64,000 nt of DNA from the human T2T-CHM13v2.0 reference genome, Homo sapiens, in the NCBI RefSeq assembly GCF_009914755.1, contig NC_060926.1. One strand, written 5' to 3'. Below, one piece after another: positions 30,502-44,274 of the stretch; within the stretch, counting starts at the first letter, position 1; each line of letters starts with the position of its first letter. The translations under genes and the position numbers were made by a program. The notes below the pieces were generated by a model that worked only from the letters and a program-made list of their open reading frames with translations, was not told the DNA's origin and ran no database searches.

Positions 30502-31779
30502 CTGTTGGTGTTCCACATATTCCTTAGGTTCGGTTCATGTTTCTTCATTATTTTTTTCTCTTCATACTTGATATCTTCAATTATTCTATCTTCAAGTTCA
30601 CTGATACCTGCGTCTGTCTACTAAAATCTTCTGTTGAATATTTCTGGATTGTTTTTAATTTCAGTTATTGTACTTTTTAACTTCAGAATTTCTGATTGGT
30701 TCTTTTTAATAATGTCTTTTTAGATATTCTAAGTTTTAATATTTCATGTATTTATTTCCTTTATTCTTTGTTCATGTTTTTTTTTGTTGTTGTTGTTCTT
30801 TGAGTCTGTTTAAGCCAGTTATTTAAAACCTTTGTCAAGTATGTTGAATGTCTGGTCTTGCCCAGAAATGGTTTCTTTTAATTTATTTTGTTCCTTTGAA
30901 TAAGCCATACTTTCCTATTTCTTTGTATACCTTGTGATTTCTTATGTGGAAAGCTGAATATTTGAATATTATAGTATGATAGCTCTGGAAATGAGATCCT
31001 CTTTCTTCCTCAGGGTTTACTGTGTTTTCTTAATTGTTGAAGTCTGTAGTAGTCCTTTTAATGACTTTTGCAAATAATTTTTGCAATGACTATTTTCATG
31101 TGTAGTTACTAAAATCTCTGCTCCTTATGATCAACTTGTGTTTTGATGGATATTTTCTTGAGTGCCAGGAGCAGTTTTTAAATTGCCTTTTTTTAAAATT
31201 TAGCATTCATTTGGTTGCTGGGAATTTTTCTGTTTTCCAAAGTTCTGACAAAGTTGGTTCTGACCAGTTTTGTTTGTTTTTCAGTGTTTCTATGAGGATA
31301 CAAATGCTCATAGCTATCTATTTCACCATTTTACTGACCTCTGAGGTAACAGATTCTTTTGAAGAACAGGTCTATAGTAATTTAATAGAGTTCTAGTACA
31401 GCCAATGTCAAGCATCTGAAGACCTACTAATTAATTGAACTCCAATTCTGGGAAGTAGGAGAAGCTGAAATTGTTTAATTTGCTTTGTGTGAGACACCCC
31501 ACTAATCAACTCTCTTAGTCTTTGCTTCTGAAAATATAGAAGGAAGTGAAGATATGTACAAAGCCTGGGAGTTCATGGAACATAGGATCTATTCAGTGAT
31601 GTTAGCCTTTAACATTTTTTATTATCATCCTTGATTATCACTGCTATCACCTCACTCCTGAATCTGTCACTACTCATCCACCCCATTTCTCTGATGCAAG
31701 AGTAAGAGCAGGTAACACAAAAGCAAGATAATTAAGACCCAGGTTTAGCAGCAGACAGAACTGCAGCCAAACCATATTC

Positions 31780-32084
<305 letters not shown>

Positions 32085-32099
32085 GTCAAATCCTATTAT

Positions 32100-32275
32100 T
32101 TCACTTAATTACTCTGTGACCCCAATTAGGATACCAAGTTCTCCATTCTCAGTTTTCTATTTAAAAAGTGGAAATGATTCTACGTAGTGCCTCCTTGGGT
32201 TATTGTAAGGACTAAATGAGCAACCCTTAGTACCTAGCATGTCATAAGTCCCCCATAAAAGTTAGTGTTAATGTT
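32100..32275 (+). mobile_element. MIR
   Basis: 'cacttaattactctgtgacc...ctcagttttctatttaaaaagtggaaatgat...ttattgtaaggactaaatgag'. Confidence 0.65.
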
Positions 32276-32361
32276 TATGCTCCTGTCCATGGTCCTGGGC
32301 CCAAATCTTAAAACCTGATAACTACCCTGTCTTCTCACCTTTTGGGGTTTACATGGGACTG

Positions 32362-32675
32362 TTTTCTTTTCTTTTTTTTTTTTTTTTTTTGAGACAGAGT
32401 CTTTCCCTGTCACCCAGGCTGGAGTGCAGTGATGTAATCATGGCTCATTGTGGCCTTGAGCTCCCAGGTTCAAGCAATCCTCCTCCCACCTCAGCCTCCT
32501 AAGTAACTGCAAACACAGGCATCCACCACGTCTGGCTAATTTTTTAAAAACATTCTTTGGAGATGGGGTCCCCCTGTGTTGTCCAGGCTGGTCTCAAACT
32601 CCTGGGCCCAAGCAGTCCTCTTGCCTCAGCTTCCCGAAGTACTGAGATTACAGGTGTGAGCCATTGCATCTGGCC
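32362..32675 (-). mobile_element. AluJ
   Basis: aatcatggctcattgtggcc, atcctcctcccacc, ctcctgggcccaag. Confidence 0.92.
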
Positions 32676-33869
32676 CGTTTTTGCTTCTACTTGTTCCTGG
32701 CCTCTGAGAAAGGCTCAGTCTTATCCAGTCCTGACATAGGGCTTCATTCTTGGTGAATATGTTTGCGGCCAGGGTTCTTGTAGCCCTTCAATGGAGCTGA
32801 GCTCAAGCCCTCTATCTCCCGGGAAACACTTCCTTAACCTCTCTTCCCCAGGCTCTGTACCCTCAGTTTCTCCCCTTCTGGGTTGTGAACTATTCAATTA
32901 TTTCTTACCTTTCCTTAGCATTTCTCCCTCATGTGACCCAAAAGAGTGCAGTTAGGGGTGGGGTAGGAGAAGGATGAAATATTTAAGAGAGTAACCCATG
33001 TGTCCCTCCAGTCTGTCTCTTGATCCTCCTATCTCCTCCAGCTTCCTTCCTAGATCATCTAGACTCTTTCTTGATTTTTAGTTTCCAAAGACTGTGGGCT
33101 CTGAAGGGAAGAAGAATGGCTTAGGCCAAATATAATAGATTTAGAAGCATCCAGAAGGAAATGTAACAAGAGTTTTCCATTTTCCACCCCTCAAACTGGG
33201 GAAGAATGTTTTAGTCTAGGGGGAAGGGGTGAGAGCTGAGATTTTAAAAGTCCCTGAGAAAGAAACCTTACTCCCTTCTAGGTAGAAAACAACAGAACCT
33301 CCAGCTAGGTTTAAGATAATCAACAGCCAAGGGAAAAATTTATTTTACTTCCCAGGAACAACACCAGAATAAGGTCAAGGTCTCAAGGAAGAAAGGTGAT
33401 GTGTTGTGTTTAGAGGAAGAGAGGCAGGCCTGAAAGTATCCTGGAAGTCACAATAAGGGATGGGTTAGCAGTGTCCTCAGCAGAATGACCACTGAAGACA
33501 GACAGCTCAACAAGGGCTACTATAAGCAGATCACACTGAGACTTTTTAACTCCCAACCTAATAACCAAAGAAAGTAAGTCCAAATTCAAAGAAAATGGAG
33601 GAACACCAGTTTGACTAAAATTATATATGTGCGTCTTCAGCAAAATGGAGTCTCAAAAATTAAGTTACAAGAAGGATGTGACATTTCTGATCTTCCTAGG
33701 TCCAACAGGCTACATGATCTTCTACAGAAATCCCAAGGCTTCTGACTTTTATTTTACTTTTTACATTACAAACAGCTAGATGGCTAGCCAGTAAGGAGAG
33801 GGAAGAGCTTCCAGAGCCAAAAGAGCTGTATAAAAGGTCACCTTGACAGGAGTCACCCAATCTCACTCT

Positions 33870-34040
33870 GACTCTGCCTGAAGACCTCCTGCAGAGCCCC
33901 CATCAGCCAAATCCAACTGGAAGCAGAAGGCAAGAGGGGCTGGGTGACATAGTGCATGCATATCTGCTTCCTAGGACTAAGAGTCGGGTGGAGATGGGTG
34001 GAGAATGTATCTGGGGAGCAAAGGGAAGATGTCCAAAATT
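33870..34040 (-). mobile_element. Old ERVL-type LTR fragment (LTR41-like)
   Basis: 'cagccaaatccaactggaagcagaaggcaagagg...gggtggagaatgtatctggggagcaaagggaagatgtcca'. Confidence 0.45.
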
Positions 34041-34974
34041 CCATGTGACAATATTCTCAGTGAAATGAACTAACTGGAAAGATCAATTTCCGGATCTGTT
34101 CTCTCCTCAGAGACACAGGAAGAGCTAAGCCCAGGAGGGAGGAGCTGGAGGCCACTTTGGTCAATACAGCCGACACCCACAAGGTCATTTATAGAATCCC
34201 TTGTCCAAGAAGGAGAGTTAAAGGTTAGAACCAGGATATGAGCCAGAATCTTAGAAAATGCACTGTGGATTACACCAGAAGAATGAGACTGGTAACAGTG
34301 GCAGGTGAGAAAATGAAGCGAAGAGTCAGATATGGGAATAGCAAGAAGATAACTCCAAAAACTTGACCTTCCCGTTGGGTTAAACTTCTCTTTGAGATTA
34401 ACCTTCTCTGTGGGGATAGGAACCAACCTGTTCAGATCTTTCTGTTTGCCAGAGCAGCATCACCCATGTGAAAGAACTGCCTTGTGGATATCTTCAGGGA
34501 TGTCTCAGGATCTAGCTACACGTGCAGATTGAATCAGAATCAAAGAGCTGCTTACGGAAATGTGGAGTTCAGTTGTGTTGAGTTGCAATCAACTGGTTGA
34601 CATGCTAATATGCAACTTAGTTAGCTGTTTGTTTATTTATAAGTTGCAATTATTGGAGCCAAAATTGTATTTCATGTCTCAAACATTTTCTTAAGCCTTT
34701 GGAAGGTTAAGATAAAAATAGTGAAAGGAAGTTCCTGAGCAACAGCTGTGTGCATGGCCTAGTGCAGCCTGTCTGAATGGAAGTTTGAGGGTAGGAGGCT
34801 CCAAGAGGGAAGGTGCTAAGAACTGACGGAGTACCTAATTGCCAGACCAGATTGAGACATTCAGATTGCTCACAAATATGGGAAAAATTAGTCACAGGTA
34901 CACAGAAAGCTAATTAATTTTATTTTAAAAGAGCCAACAATTTACTCCTAAAAAAGTTATTGCACAAGAAATGC

Positions 34975-35125
34975 AAAATACCACATGGTATCACGCATAT
35001 GTGGAATCTAAAAATGTCTAACACATAGGAGCAAAGAGTAGAACAGTGGCTACCAGAGGCTGGGCGGGAGAAATGGGGACATGCTGACCAAAGGCTAGAA
35101 AATTTCAGCTAGACAGAAGAGAAAG
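34975..35125 (+). mobile_element. L1MA-type 3' fragment
   Basis: 'aaataccacatggtatcac...tgtggaatctaaaaa...gagtagaacagtggctaccagaggctggg'. Confidence 0.75.
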
Positions 35126-35177
35126 AAACAAAAGTAAATAAATAAATTGCATATGAGATTAAAAAAAAAAACAGTAG

Positions 35178-35400
35178 TAGTAAGGAAAGTACTTTTCTGA
35201 GCTCTGTGAGCCATTATAGCAAACTAATAAACACGAGGAGGCGGTTATGGGCACAGACTTGCAATTGGCATCTGAAGTGGGGGGCAGTCTCAAGGGACTG
35301 AGCCCTTATCCTGTGGGATCTGTGCTACGTCACGGTACTTAGTGTCAGCAATAAATTGAATTGTTAGTGTCTGGACCCAGTTGGTATTCAGAGGAAAAAA
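35178..35400 (+). mobile_element. MER21-like LTR fragment (ERVL)
   Basis: 'ctgagctctgtgagccattatagcaaact...gacttgcaattggcatctgaagtggggggcagtct...gggactgagccctt'. Confidence 0.75.
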
Positions 35401-37544
35401 TCAGATCATAGTATGATCTCAGCGGGGAAAACACCTTCAGCATTTGAGGAATTAAAATTTGAGGCAGCTCAGGCCAGTGTCTAGGTGGGAGAAGACACAC
35501 GTTTTGTCAGCGCGAGATCCCTAGACCCTTCTGTTAAGAGACTCTTTTATTAAGAACCCTTGTATTTAGTCTGTTCACTTAAATCACTGATGCTTCCTCT
35601 AACTTCAGAAGAGATTTGTTTTTTGGAAAGAGGAAAGTGAACTTTAAAGACTGTAGGAAAGGATTAACAGATAGTTGCCTACAGGGCATAAATCCCACAA
35701 AGGGAAGGGTGTGGCTCAGTCAGAGCCCCTGGCTGGACCGTGTGAAGAGAGGTGGTCCCTCTGGTCAGGGCCAGCCAGGAAGGAGGACACAGACCTGCCC
35801 AGGCTTCTCGGACACCAGAAAGGGGACCAGGGAAATATTGACAATAGGGCACATCCATGATCATGGGACTGGAGACATAGCAAATTTTATTGTATAATAA
35901 GCTAATTGTTTTGTTTTGTTCTCTAACTAACATAAGAAAGCTAGAAATCTTTCACAAACATGCTACAAGCCCTGAGGACTGGTCTACACTGGGAAGAGAG
36001 GCAGGCCGATCTGCCACCTGGGGCTCCTCCTCCCTGTCCAGGCCATGCATGCTTTCAGACACTCTCCAGCCACGAGGACTCAGCCCCACAGAAGGGCAAG
36101 GGCTCACTGCCCACCCATTATTACCAGGGCAGGCATGACGAGTGATCCCAGGTAAACAGGCTTCCCGCCTTCCCACCTCCAGCCCTGTGCAGCCCTCCCA
36201 GCCCATGGACCTCCTCCTGGCCCCCTGGACCCCATGGACCTCCTCCTGGCCGTGGGCACTTTGACCCTTCCTTAGTCACCCTGATGGTACTGGAGAAAGC
36301 TCATCTTTTCAACAGCTGACCACCTTAGGTGGCTTTTCTTCCTTCTGCCAGCTTCCTCTGAATGTGTTTCTCCACTTCTCACATTTCCTCTCCTCTCTTC
36401 CCTCTCCCGGTTCTGTGTTTCTGCCCACCTCTCTCTGTCTCTCTTTTCCTCCATGACTGTGTGTGTGTTTCTGTTTTCCCTCCCATGTACCCCTCCCAAA
36501 GAAGTGGGGAAGTGAAGGTAAATCTTCTTTTAGAAGTAAAAAGACTCAAAAAAAGAGGTAGCCCTTCCTCCACCACCACAGGGCACCACACCTGGACACT
36601 CACCATTCTTTGGGGTGACTGTGTTTGTTTCTTTTTGTTTTTGATAAATTGGGGGGGAGGCATGGTGTCATCAGCATGCACAGAAAATGTTAAGTCATAG
36701 GAGTACCTAGTGTGTGCTAGTTACTAGAACATGCAGCCATCTACATTATCTTAGTAATCACTAGAACACTAAGTGAGTTCTTGTGAGTGTATGCATTTAT
36801 TCCATGGAAAAGGAAGGTTATGAGCTTTCAATGCCCTCACTTGCCTGAGGTCCAATTGCTCCTGTGTAAGAGCCAGGGTGGGGACCTCCTTTCTGCCCAT
36901 GGCACTGCCGCACTCAGTCCACCATAGCACAGAGGCACACAGCAAGCACTGAGTGGGGGCTGTCCTGTGGCTACAGATGAGCCTTGGCTTCACCACCAAG
37001 TGCTGCTGCACCCCCAGGCCTCCCCATGCTCAGCAACCCCGAAAATCTCCCCCTGGATGGTGAACCGGGCAGACAGGGCCTGCATGTGTTTCACTTCCTG
37101 GTGCCTCCCTGGCTATGTGCCCATGGTTGGGGCTCAGGGACACTTGAGAGATGGAGAAAAGGGCATGAGAGTGGGTTGAACAGCCACCCCACTCAGCCCT
37201 GCCATCCACCAGCCCTGGACATCCTTCCTACAGATCTGGAGAGTTCCAGAAAGGAAACGGTGGAAAGTTCATCAAATCCCAGGAACCAGAATCACAACTT
37301 CTCCCTTGGAATTAATGATAGAACTTACCTGGGAACCAGATTTTAAAAGCACTGTTTGCCCATTGGGAAGTGAATTAGTCAGAACTTCTCACCCAAGGGG
37401 TGTGCCATGCTGAGCTGTCCACAAACCTAAGAAGAGTCATGACCCAAATGGTCGTTAATGGGAGCCAGAGAATGTTGGGCTCACATCTCAGTTCTGTCAA
37501 TACTGTGTCGTGTGATATGCACTGGGGCACCTGGATCAACTAAG

Positions 37545-37900
37545 AGGCTTTCGGTTGCAAGTAAAAGAAAACACAAATTGGCCTACAAAAGAGAATTTGT
37601 GATTCATGTGACTGAAGAAGTCCAGAGTGAATTTGGTCAGTTTAATCCAGAAAATAGCTCCTCTTCTCAGTGATTCTTGGCTCCACCCTCTCCTCTGGGT
37701 GACCTTTACTCTCAAGATAACTTCACTTATAGGAGCAAAATGACTGTGACAATCCCAGGCATCTCCCCTGAAAGACCCAGGCCATAGGAAGACACAGAGT
37801 ATGTGTCCAAGAATTCATGGTGGCCAATCAGGAAATTCACTCTGATTAGGCCCCTGGGTCACATGTTCATGCATGAGTCACCAGCATGACCACCAAGATG
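37545..37900 (-). mobile_element. Old MLT1 (J/K/L-like) LTR
   Basis: 'ctttcggttgcaagtaaaagaaaac...ttcatgtgactgaagaagtccag...ctctgattaggcccctgggtcacatg'. Confidence 0.6.
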
Positions 37901-38259
37901 GAACATGTGTCTGACTCTGCCCAGGCTGTGAGCCCCTCAAGGGCCTTTCCTGTGGCGCTCATGGTCCTCCAATGGACACTCAGGCTCTTGGGAGGGAAAT
38001 AGGGAAAAAGCTGGGGCAGGAGGCCCGTGGGAGGCCACAACGGTCCTAAGTCCCTCTGAGACTTACTCCAACTGTGAAGCATGGCTGGTGATAGTAACTG
38101 CTCAGTATATTGAGCAGAGCACTGTGGGTTCAAATGACATGAGCAAACTCACTTCATAATGTCTGAAGCTCTGTGTCAATGGCTCCTTATTTTGGGGGGA
38201 TTCTGATAAATCTATGAAACACTCATTCCAGAAAAAAAGAAAAGAACAAATACACAAAC

Positions 38260-38677
38260 TGATACGGTTTGGATGTGTCTCCTCCAACTCTCCCATTGAA
38301 ATGTGACCTCCTGTGTTGGAGGTGAGGCCTGGTGGGGGTGGATCATGGGGGTGAATCTCTCAGGAATGGTTTGGTGCCCTCCTCATGGCGATGAGTGAGT
38401 TCTCACTCTGTTAGTTCATGTGACAGCTGCTTGTTTAAAGAAGCCTGGCACCTCCTTCCTTTTCCCTTGCTCTTTCTCTCACCATGTGACATATTGGCTC
38501 CCTTTGCTTTCTGCTACAAGTAAAATCTCTGTGAGCCTGATCAGAAGCTGAGCAGATGCCAGTACCATGCTTGGCTTCTGGTGAGGCCTGCAGAATCATG
38601 AGCCAAATAAACCACTTTTCTTATGAATTGCCCAGCCGCAGGTACTACATTATAAAAATGCAAAACAGACTAAAATA
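38260..38677 (+). mobile_element. MSTB-like MaLR solo LTR
   Basis: TGATACGGTTTGGATGTG start, AATAAA, ...aaacagactaa end; 5-bp TSD caaac. Confidence 0.9.
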
Positions 38678-38774
38678 CAAACTTTTAAAGGTAATTTCAG
38701 TAGCCCATTCATGGTCCCTGCCCATGGGCCCTGAATTCAGGCCTGCTAGCCCCACGCCCGTTCTTTCCGAAAGC

Positions 38775-39000
38775 GTTAGCATTTTTGGTGCTTTCTGTGT
38801 CCCAGGCACTGGCCAGGGTGCTTTATGGATCAATGCAGTCTCATTTAATACTGATGACAACCCTGTATATTATCATAGCCATCATACAGATAAAGAAACC
38901 AAGATTCAAAGAGGTGAAGTGATTTGAGGAAAGAACATAGTCAATGAGTGATTGAGCCAAAATCAGATCTCCTGATTCCAAGTCCAGTGCATTTTCCTGT
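38775..39000 (-). mobile_element. MIR
   Basis: 'ctgtgtcccaggcact...ctcatttaatactgatgacaaccct...acagataaagaaaccaagattcaaagaggtgaagtgattt'. Confidence 0.7.
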
Positions 39001-40839
39001 CACTCCCCTGGAACTCCTCTCCACTCTCTCCATTCAAATCCGCTCTGTTCGTTGAGATGAGGCTCAGGTGTCCTTCTTCTAAGAAGCCCTCTTTGACTGC
39101 CACACAGTGACACTTAATTATACACCATCATACATGATGTGTTACCAGAACATGATAATTAGGCATACCTAATTATACACCATTGTTACCTTCACATGGC
39201 TGTGTCCTGCTTCACCAGACACACAGGACAGAAACTAAAAGCAAAGCCTTGGTTCACCCCATCTCCTGCCCAGGCCCTCCTCACAGACAGGTCTGCTGGA
39301 TCATCAGTGCATTAGCCTCAGGAGCTGAGGGGGCTGTGGCACACCAAGACAAGGACAACCAAAGGTTTTTCTTCCTTTTGGCTTTATCAGCAGCAGCTGG
39401 GGCCCAGGATCTGCAAGTTCCCTGAAGTACATGGAAGCACAGCACCCATAACATGGAACACTCAAACCAGGGAGCAGAGCATAGAGTGTGGATCTGGGGG
39501 CTCACCATGATGTTGGGGCAGAACTTTCTCCTCTTCCTCTGTGGCCTTGCAGGGGTTGAGCTTCATGCTTAAACTCACTGTGCATCTCTCTTGTCACAGT
39601 AGCCCTGGCAATTCCACCCCAACATGCTTCTCTTGTAGGAAGCTGACAGGGTTCCCCATCTTCCTCCTGAGCATATGCAATGAGACTTTTACTCATGCCA
39701 GCCAGCCCTATTTAGCAACTGCCCTGAGCCAGGCCCCAGTACACTCTCACTGCATTCCCACAGCAACCCAGAAGAAGAAGGTGGCAGTTTCCATCTGCTG
39801 GCGAGGATGTTGAGGCCTGCCCATAGCACACACTAGGACCATGAGGCCCCAGAGCTTCATCCACCATCACAACTCTCTACTCCACTGCCTGTCTGGGTGA
39901 GCCTCCAGGCTCTCTCTTTATCCCAGAGCTCCTCCTGCCTTGCATCTCCTATGGCATCATTACTCATTGTCCTCTGCAGAGGCCAGAAACCACATGTGCA
40001 CACCCAGGGCAGAGAGGTGGTCCCCCACCTGGCCAACCCAGCATGGGCCCATATCACAGCCTAACAGTCTAGCTAATGATGTTGCTGATTATGATGGTGA
40101 TGCTGCCTCCCCTCTCTGGCCTGCTACTGCAAATGCTGCAGGTACCGGCACCGCACAACTCAGCCCTCATGGCAGGCTGTCTGATCTTTTCCTTTTATCA
40201 GCTTCTCCTAGATGGCCTGACAGTGCTACCCAACGCTTCCCTAACAAACTCCTTGAGGATAGGGACTCATTCTCACTTCTTATGCCCGAAGTGCATACAG
40301 GAATCTTCGGCCATACAGAATTCTTAACAGTTACTATTGTGAGGATCAAAGGAGGAAACCACTCCAAATTTGCAACACAAAGCGTGTCAGTGGACAGGCA
40401 CCTCTCTGCAGTACACGTCCTCCCTCTCTGGCCACCTTCACGCACACACACAGCAGACTGGTGCTGGGCAGGCAAGCTCAGGGCCTCTGCCAACTCCTCT
40501 GATGCCATCCTGGATGCTGGATGCGAAGGGACTGCAGCAGCTCTTCCCAACCGAGCAGAGGCATCCTGGCGCTCTGCAGCCCTTGCTAATCATCCCCCAA
40601 AAGCCTGTGGCTGATGAGCTCTAGGGGAAGACAGCAGTGGGCCTGCTTAATTATCAATGGGCTGGGCAAGCTAGCCCCGCAGGCCTGGCTTCCCGCAGCC
40701 CTGGAGGAAGAAGGCCAGCTTGGGTTTGTTAATAAAGACAGAATCTCCAGCCCAGTGGGAGCTGTGCTGGCAGAGTTCAAAACTCCAGAGCATATTGTAC
40801 AAAATGCCGTTTTCCCTAGAAATTGAATTGGCATCCTAT

Positions 40840-41169
<330 letters not shown>

Positions 41170-41544
41170 TGGCATCCTATTTTTTTTTTTTTTTAACTAC
41201 TCTAAGCTCATTACCTCCTTCCCCTCCACTCTCCTTCCTCATCCAGCACCAGGCATGTACACTTCCTAACTCAACAGCTGGCTTCTAGGTGCCACCCTAA
41301 AAGGATTAGTCTTCTTTAGGTTCATAAATCGAAAAGAACACGGAAGCCAACTTGAGGGGGCTCCCACTAGCCAAGTTAAGGCAATTCAAACATCAAAAAG
41401 AATAAGATCTGTAATGGATTAGAACACTTTAAATATATAAAATCCATGAGTTTAGAAACATCTACAACTAAATGTGGGGTATACGGGAACTTTCTATCTT
41501 CATAACGTTTTTGTAAATCTAAAATTAAAAATATATTAAAAAAA

Positions 41545-41845
41545 GAAAAGTCAGACACAAAAGGCCAACTGATGTAATTTTACTTAAATGAAATGTCCAG
41601 ATTAGGCAGCTCTACAGAGACAGAAAGCAGTTCATGGCTGCCAGGGGCTGGGGCAAGGGGGAAATGGGGGGTGACTTCTTAATGGGTATGAGGTTTCCGT
41701 TTGGAGTTATGAAAAGTTATGCAACTAAGCGGTGGTGATGGTTGCCCAACAATGCAAGTGTATTTAATGCCACCGAATTATACACTTTAAAATGGTACAT
41801 TTTGTGTTCTGTGTATTTACTACAATAAAAAAGAAAAAAGTTTAA
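41545..41845 (+). mobile_element. L1MB 3' end
   Basis: 'agtcagacacaaaaggcca...gaaatgtccaga...ggtggtgatggttgcccaaca...cactttaaaatggt...aataaaa'. Confidence 0.85.
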
Positions 41846-41899
41846 ATGTGTACATTGTGGCAAAATATGTACAGGAATTTGTACATTTGCAAGAAATAT

Positions 41900-42370
41900 A
41901 GAAGTTGGCATAACATCTTGAAAAACACCAGAATGACAAAAGGAGCCAAATCCTGAATATTGAAATCCTGCAGGACTAATGACCAAGTTTCTTAAACAAA
42001 CAAAAAGGCATGAAAAAGAGCAGGGGAGATTAAAAGAGGCATAAAAGACAAATCAGCCAAATGTAACAAGAAACCAGCCAACTATAAAAAGACATTTTTG
42101 AGACAATCAGAGAAATCTGAACACATTCTGGTATTAAGGCGTAATTGTTTATTTGATAGGTTTATTTTGGTATTGTAGCTATGCTTAAAATAGAGGCTAG
42201 ACTTACATATGCAAGCAGTTATTGCTGAAATAATATGACATGGAATTTCTATTAAAATGCTCAAGAAGGGAATGGATGAAATGAGATTTGTTTTGTGTAA
42301 TGAGTATATAAGGATTACTCGTCTCTCAGTTCTTGGCGTGTTTGAAATTATCCATAATAAAAGATTAAAG
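41900..42370 (+). mobile_element. L1MC/ME 3' fragment
   Basis: 'aaaaagacatttttgagacaatcagagaaatctgaaca...gtttgaaattatccataataaaa'. Confidence 0.65.
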
Positions 42371-42494
42371 TTCTTTTTAAAGTGCAGAAATAGTGATCAA
42401 AGGAATAATAACATGCATTAATTACTGCCCTTTGCATCTGAGGATACCCCAATAGCTCTCAGGGTGTGTGGAAACATCCACATTAGAGCCTGGA

Positions 42495-42647
42495 CCCCAT
42501 GGTTAGCTCCAGCCTCTCCAGTGAGCCCCACAGTTAGCTCCAGCCTCTCCAGTGAACCCCCCGGTTAGCTCCAGCCTCTCCAGTGAGCACCCCGGTTAGC
42601 TCCAGCCTCTCCAGTGAGCCCCACGGTTAGCTCCAGCCTCTCCAGTG
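42495..42647. repeat. 31-bp minisatellite (VNTR), ~5 copies
   Basis: Unit ccccaYRgttagctccagcctctccagtgag starting at 42495, 42526, 42557, 42588 and 42619. Confidence 0.95.
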
Positions 42648-42749
42648 CATGGTGGTCAGGTGGGCTGGTCATGCCTGGGCGGCTCTCACTTGACAGGACA
42701 TGGTGGGTTTCTCTTGTATTTCTACCTTGCAGATACCCAGGAGGGATAT

Positions 42750-43005
42750 TTAGAATGATGAACTCGATCCAATGAATAGTGTGGGGGGAATCAATACTTT
42801 GAAATGAATCAAACAATAGACTAATGTGGGATAGGATGGAAAGTTTGGGAAGAGATGGTATGAAATGGATAGAATGAAATGCGTTGAACTGAGCTGGCTG
42901 GGAAAACCTAAGTGGAATGGAATGATTTGGATGGGATGGTTTGAAATGGAATGAAATAGTAATTCAGATTTCTTTATGACAGTGGCAAAAAGATGGAATG
43001 GCAAT
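42750..43005. repeat. Degenerate GRAAT/GGATG pentamer low-complexity tract
   Basis: tggaatggaatg, gatgggatgg, gaaatggaatgaaatag. Confidence 0.55.
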
Positions 43006-43081
43006 AAAGTAATAGAAATCTCAAAAGACTTGAATGCATATAAGAGTTACTGACTCCAAAGGGATTATTAAGAAGCAACTG

Positions 43082-43531
<450 letters not shown>

Positions 43532-43737
43532 TCATCCTCCACTAACTGAGAACAGATTTCTGGGCTGTGGGTTCACATGAGAGAGCAGCTTTGATGATTG
43601 TATACCTTAGACTCTTACTAAAGAAAGCTGCCTGCCACCAAGTGCGAGGAGAAGAGTGGCCTCTGTCATGAGCCAGGGACATGCAAGAGAAGCAAGACCC
43701 TGGGAGGGATATGAGGGTCTAACATATTTTTCAGTCT

Positions 43738-44274
43738 TGCGGTGGATAAACGATGCTCACAAATTCTTTGACACACCTTTGGTGAAGAGATGCAATATTT
43801 ATTCCCTCTCCTTGAATCTGGGCAGGCTCTGCATTTGCTTTCATCCATTAAATGTGTCAGAAGTCATGCTACGCCAGTAACCAGGCCCAGGCTTTGAGAC
43901 TAGCAACCTCCACATCTCATCTCTGGGCACACCTGTTTTTGGAGCCCTGAGTTGCTGTGTAAGAAGTCCTGCTAGCCTGCTAGAAAGACAACCTGGAGAA
44001 ACTCTGACTCCACAGAGAGGAAGTGGGGTCCCACTGAGCCCAACCACTCCCTTCTCCACCCTTTGCCCCTTTTAGGCATGAGTGAAGCCTTTTTAGAACC
44101 TCCAGCTGCCTAAAGTCTTCATAGAATAGCCAGTCAATGCTGCATGGAGCAAAAGAGTCACTCCAGTGAGCCCTATCCAAATTCCTGACCCTCAGATAAT
44201 GAGCATAATACAATGAGTAGTTTTAAGGCACTAACTTGGGGTAGTTTCTCATGTAACACTGGATAATTGGAACG
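43738..44274 (+). mobile_element. MLT1G/H-like MaLR solo LTR
   Basis: 'cacaaattctttgacac...ccttgaatctgggcagg...caaattcctgaccc...ttttaaggcactaa...gataattggaac'. Confidence 0.8.

Noticed and set aside
39940-40614. Longest ORF in the track (224 aa, plus strand)
   Set aside because: Non-ATG start, no recognisable domain, overlapping ORFs in several frames; consistent with chance in GC-rich DNA.
42495-42647. CRISPR-like array (constant core with variable gaps)
   Set aside because: The variable parts are only ~9 nt and related to one another; the DNA is primate with no cas genes. It is a minisatellite.
42750-43005. HSATII/III satellite
   Set aside because: Too short and degenerate; only low-complexity GRAAT-like sequence.
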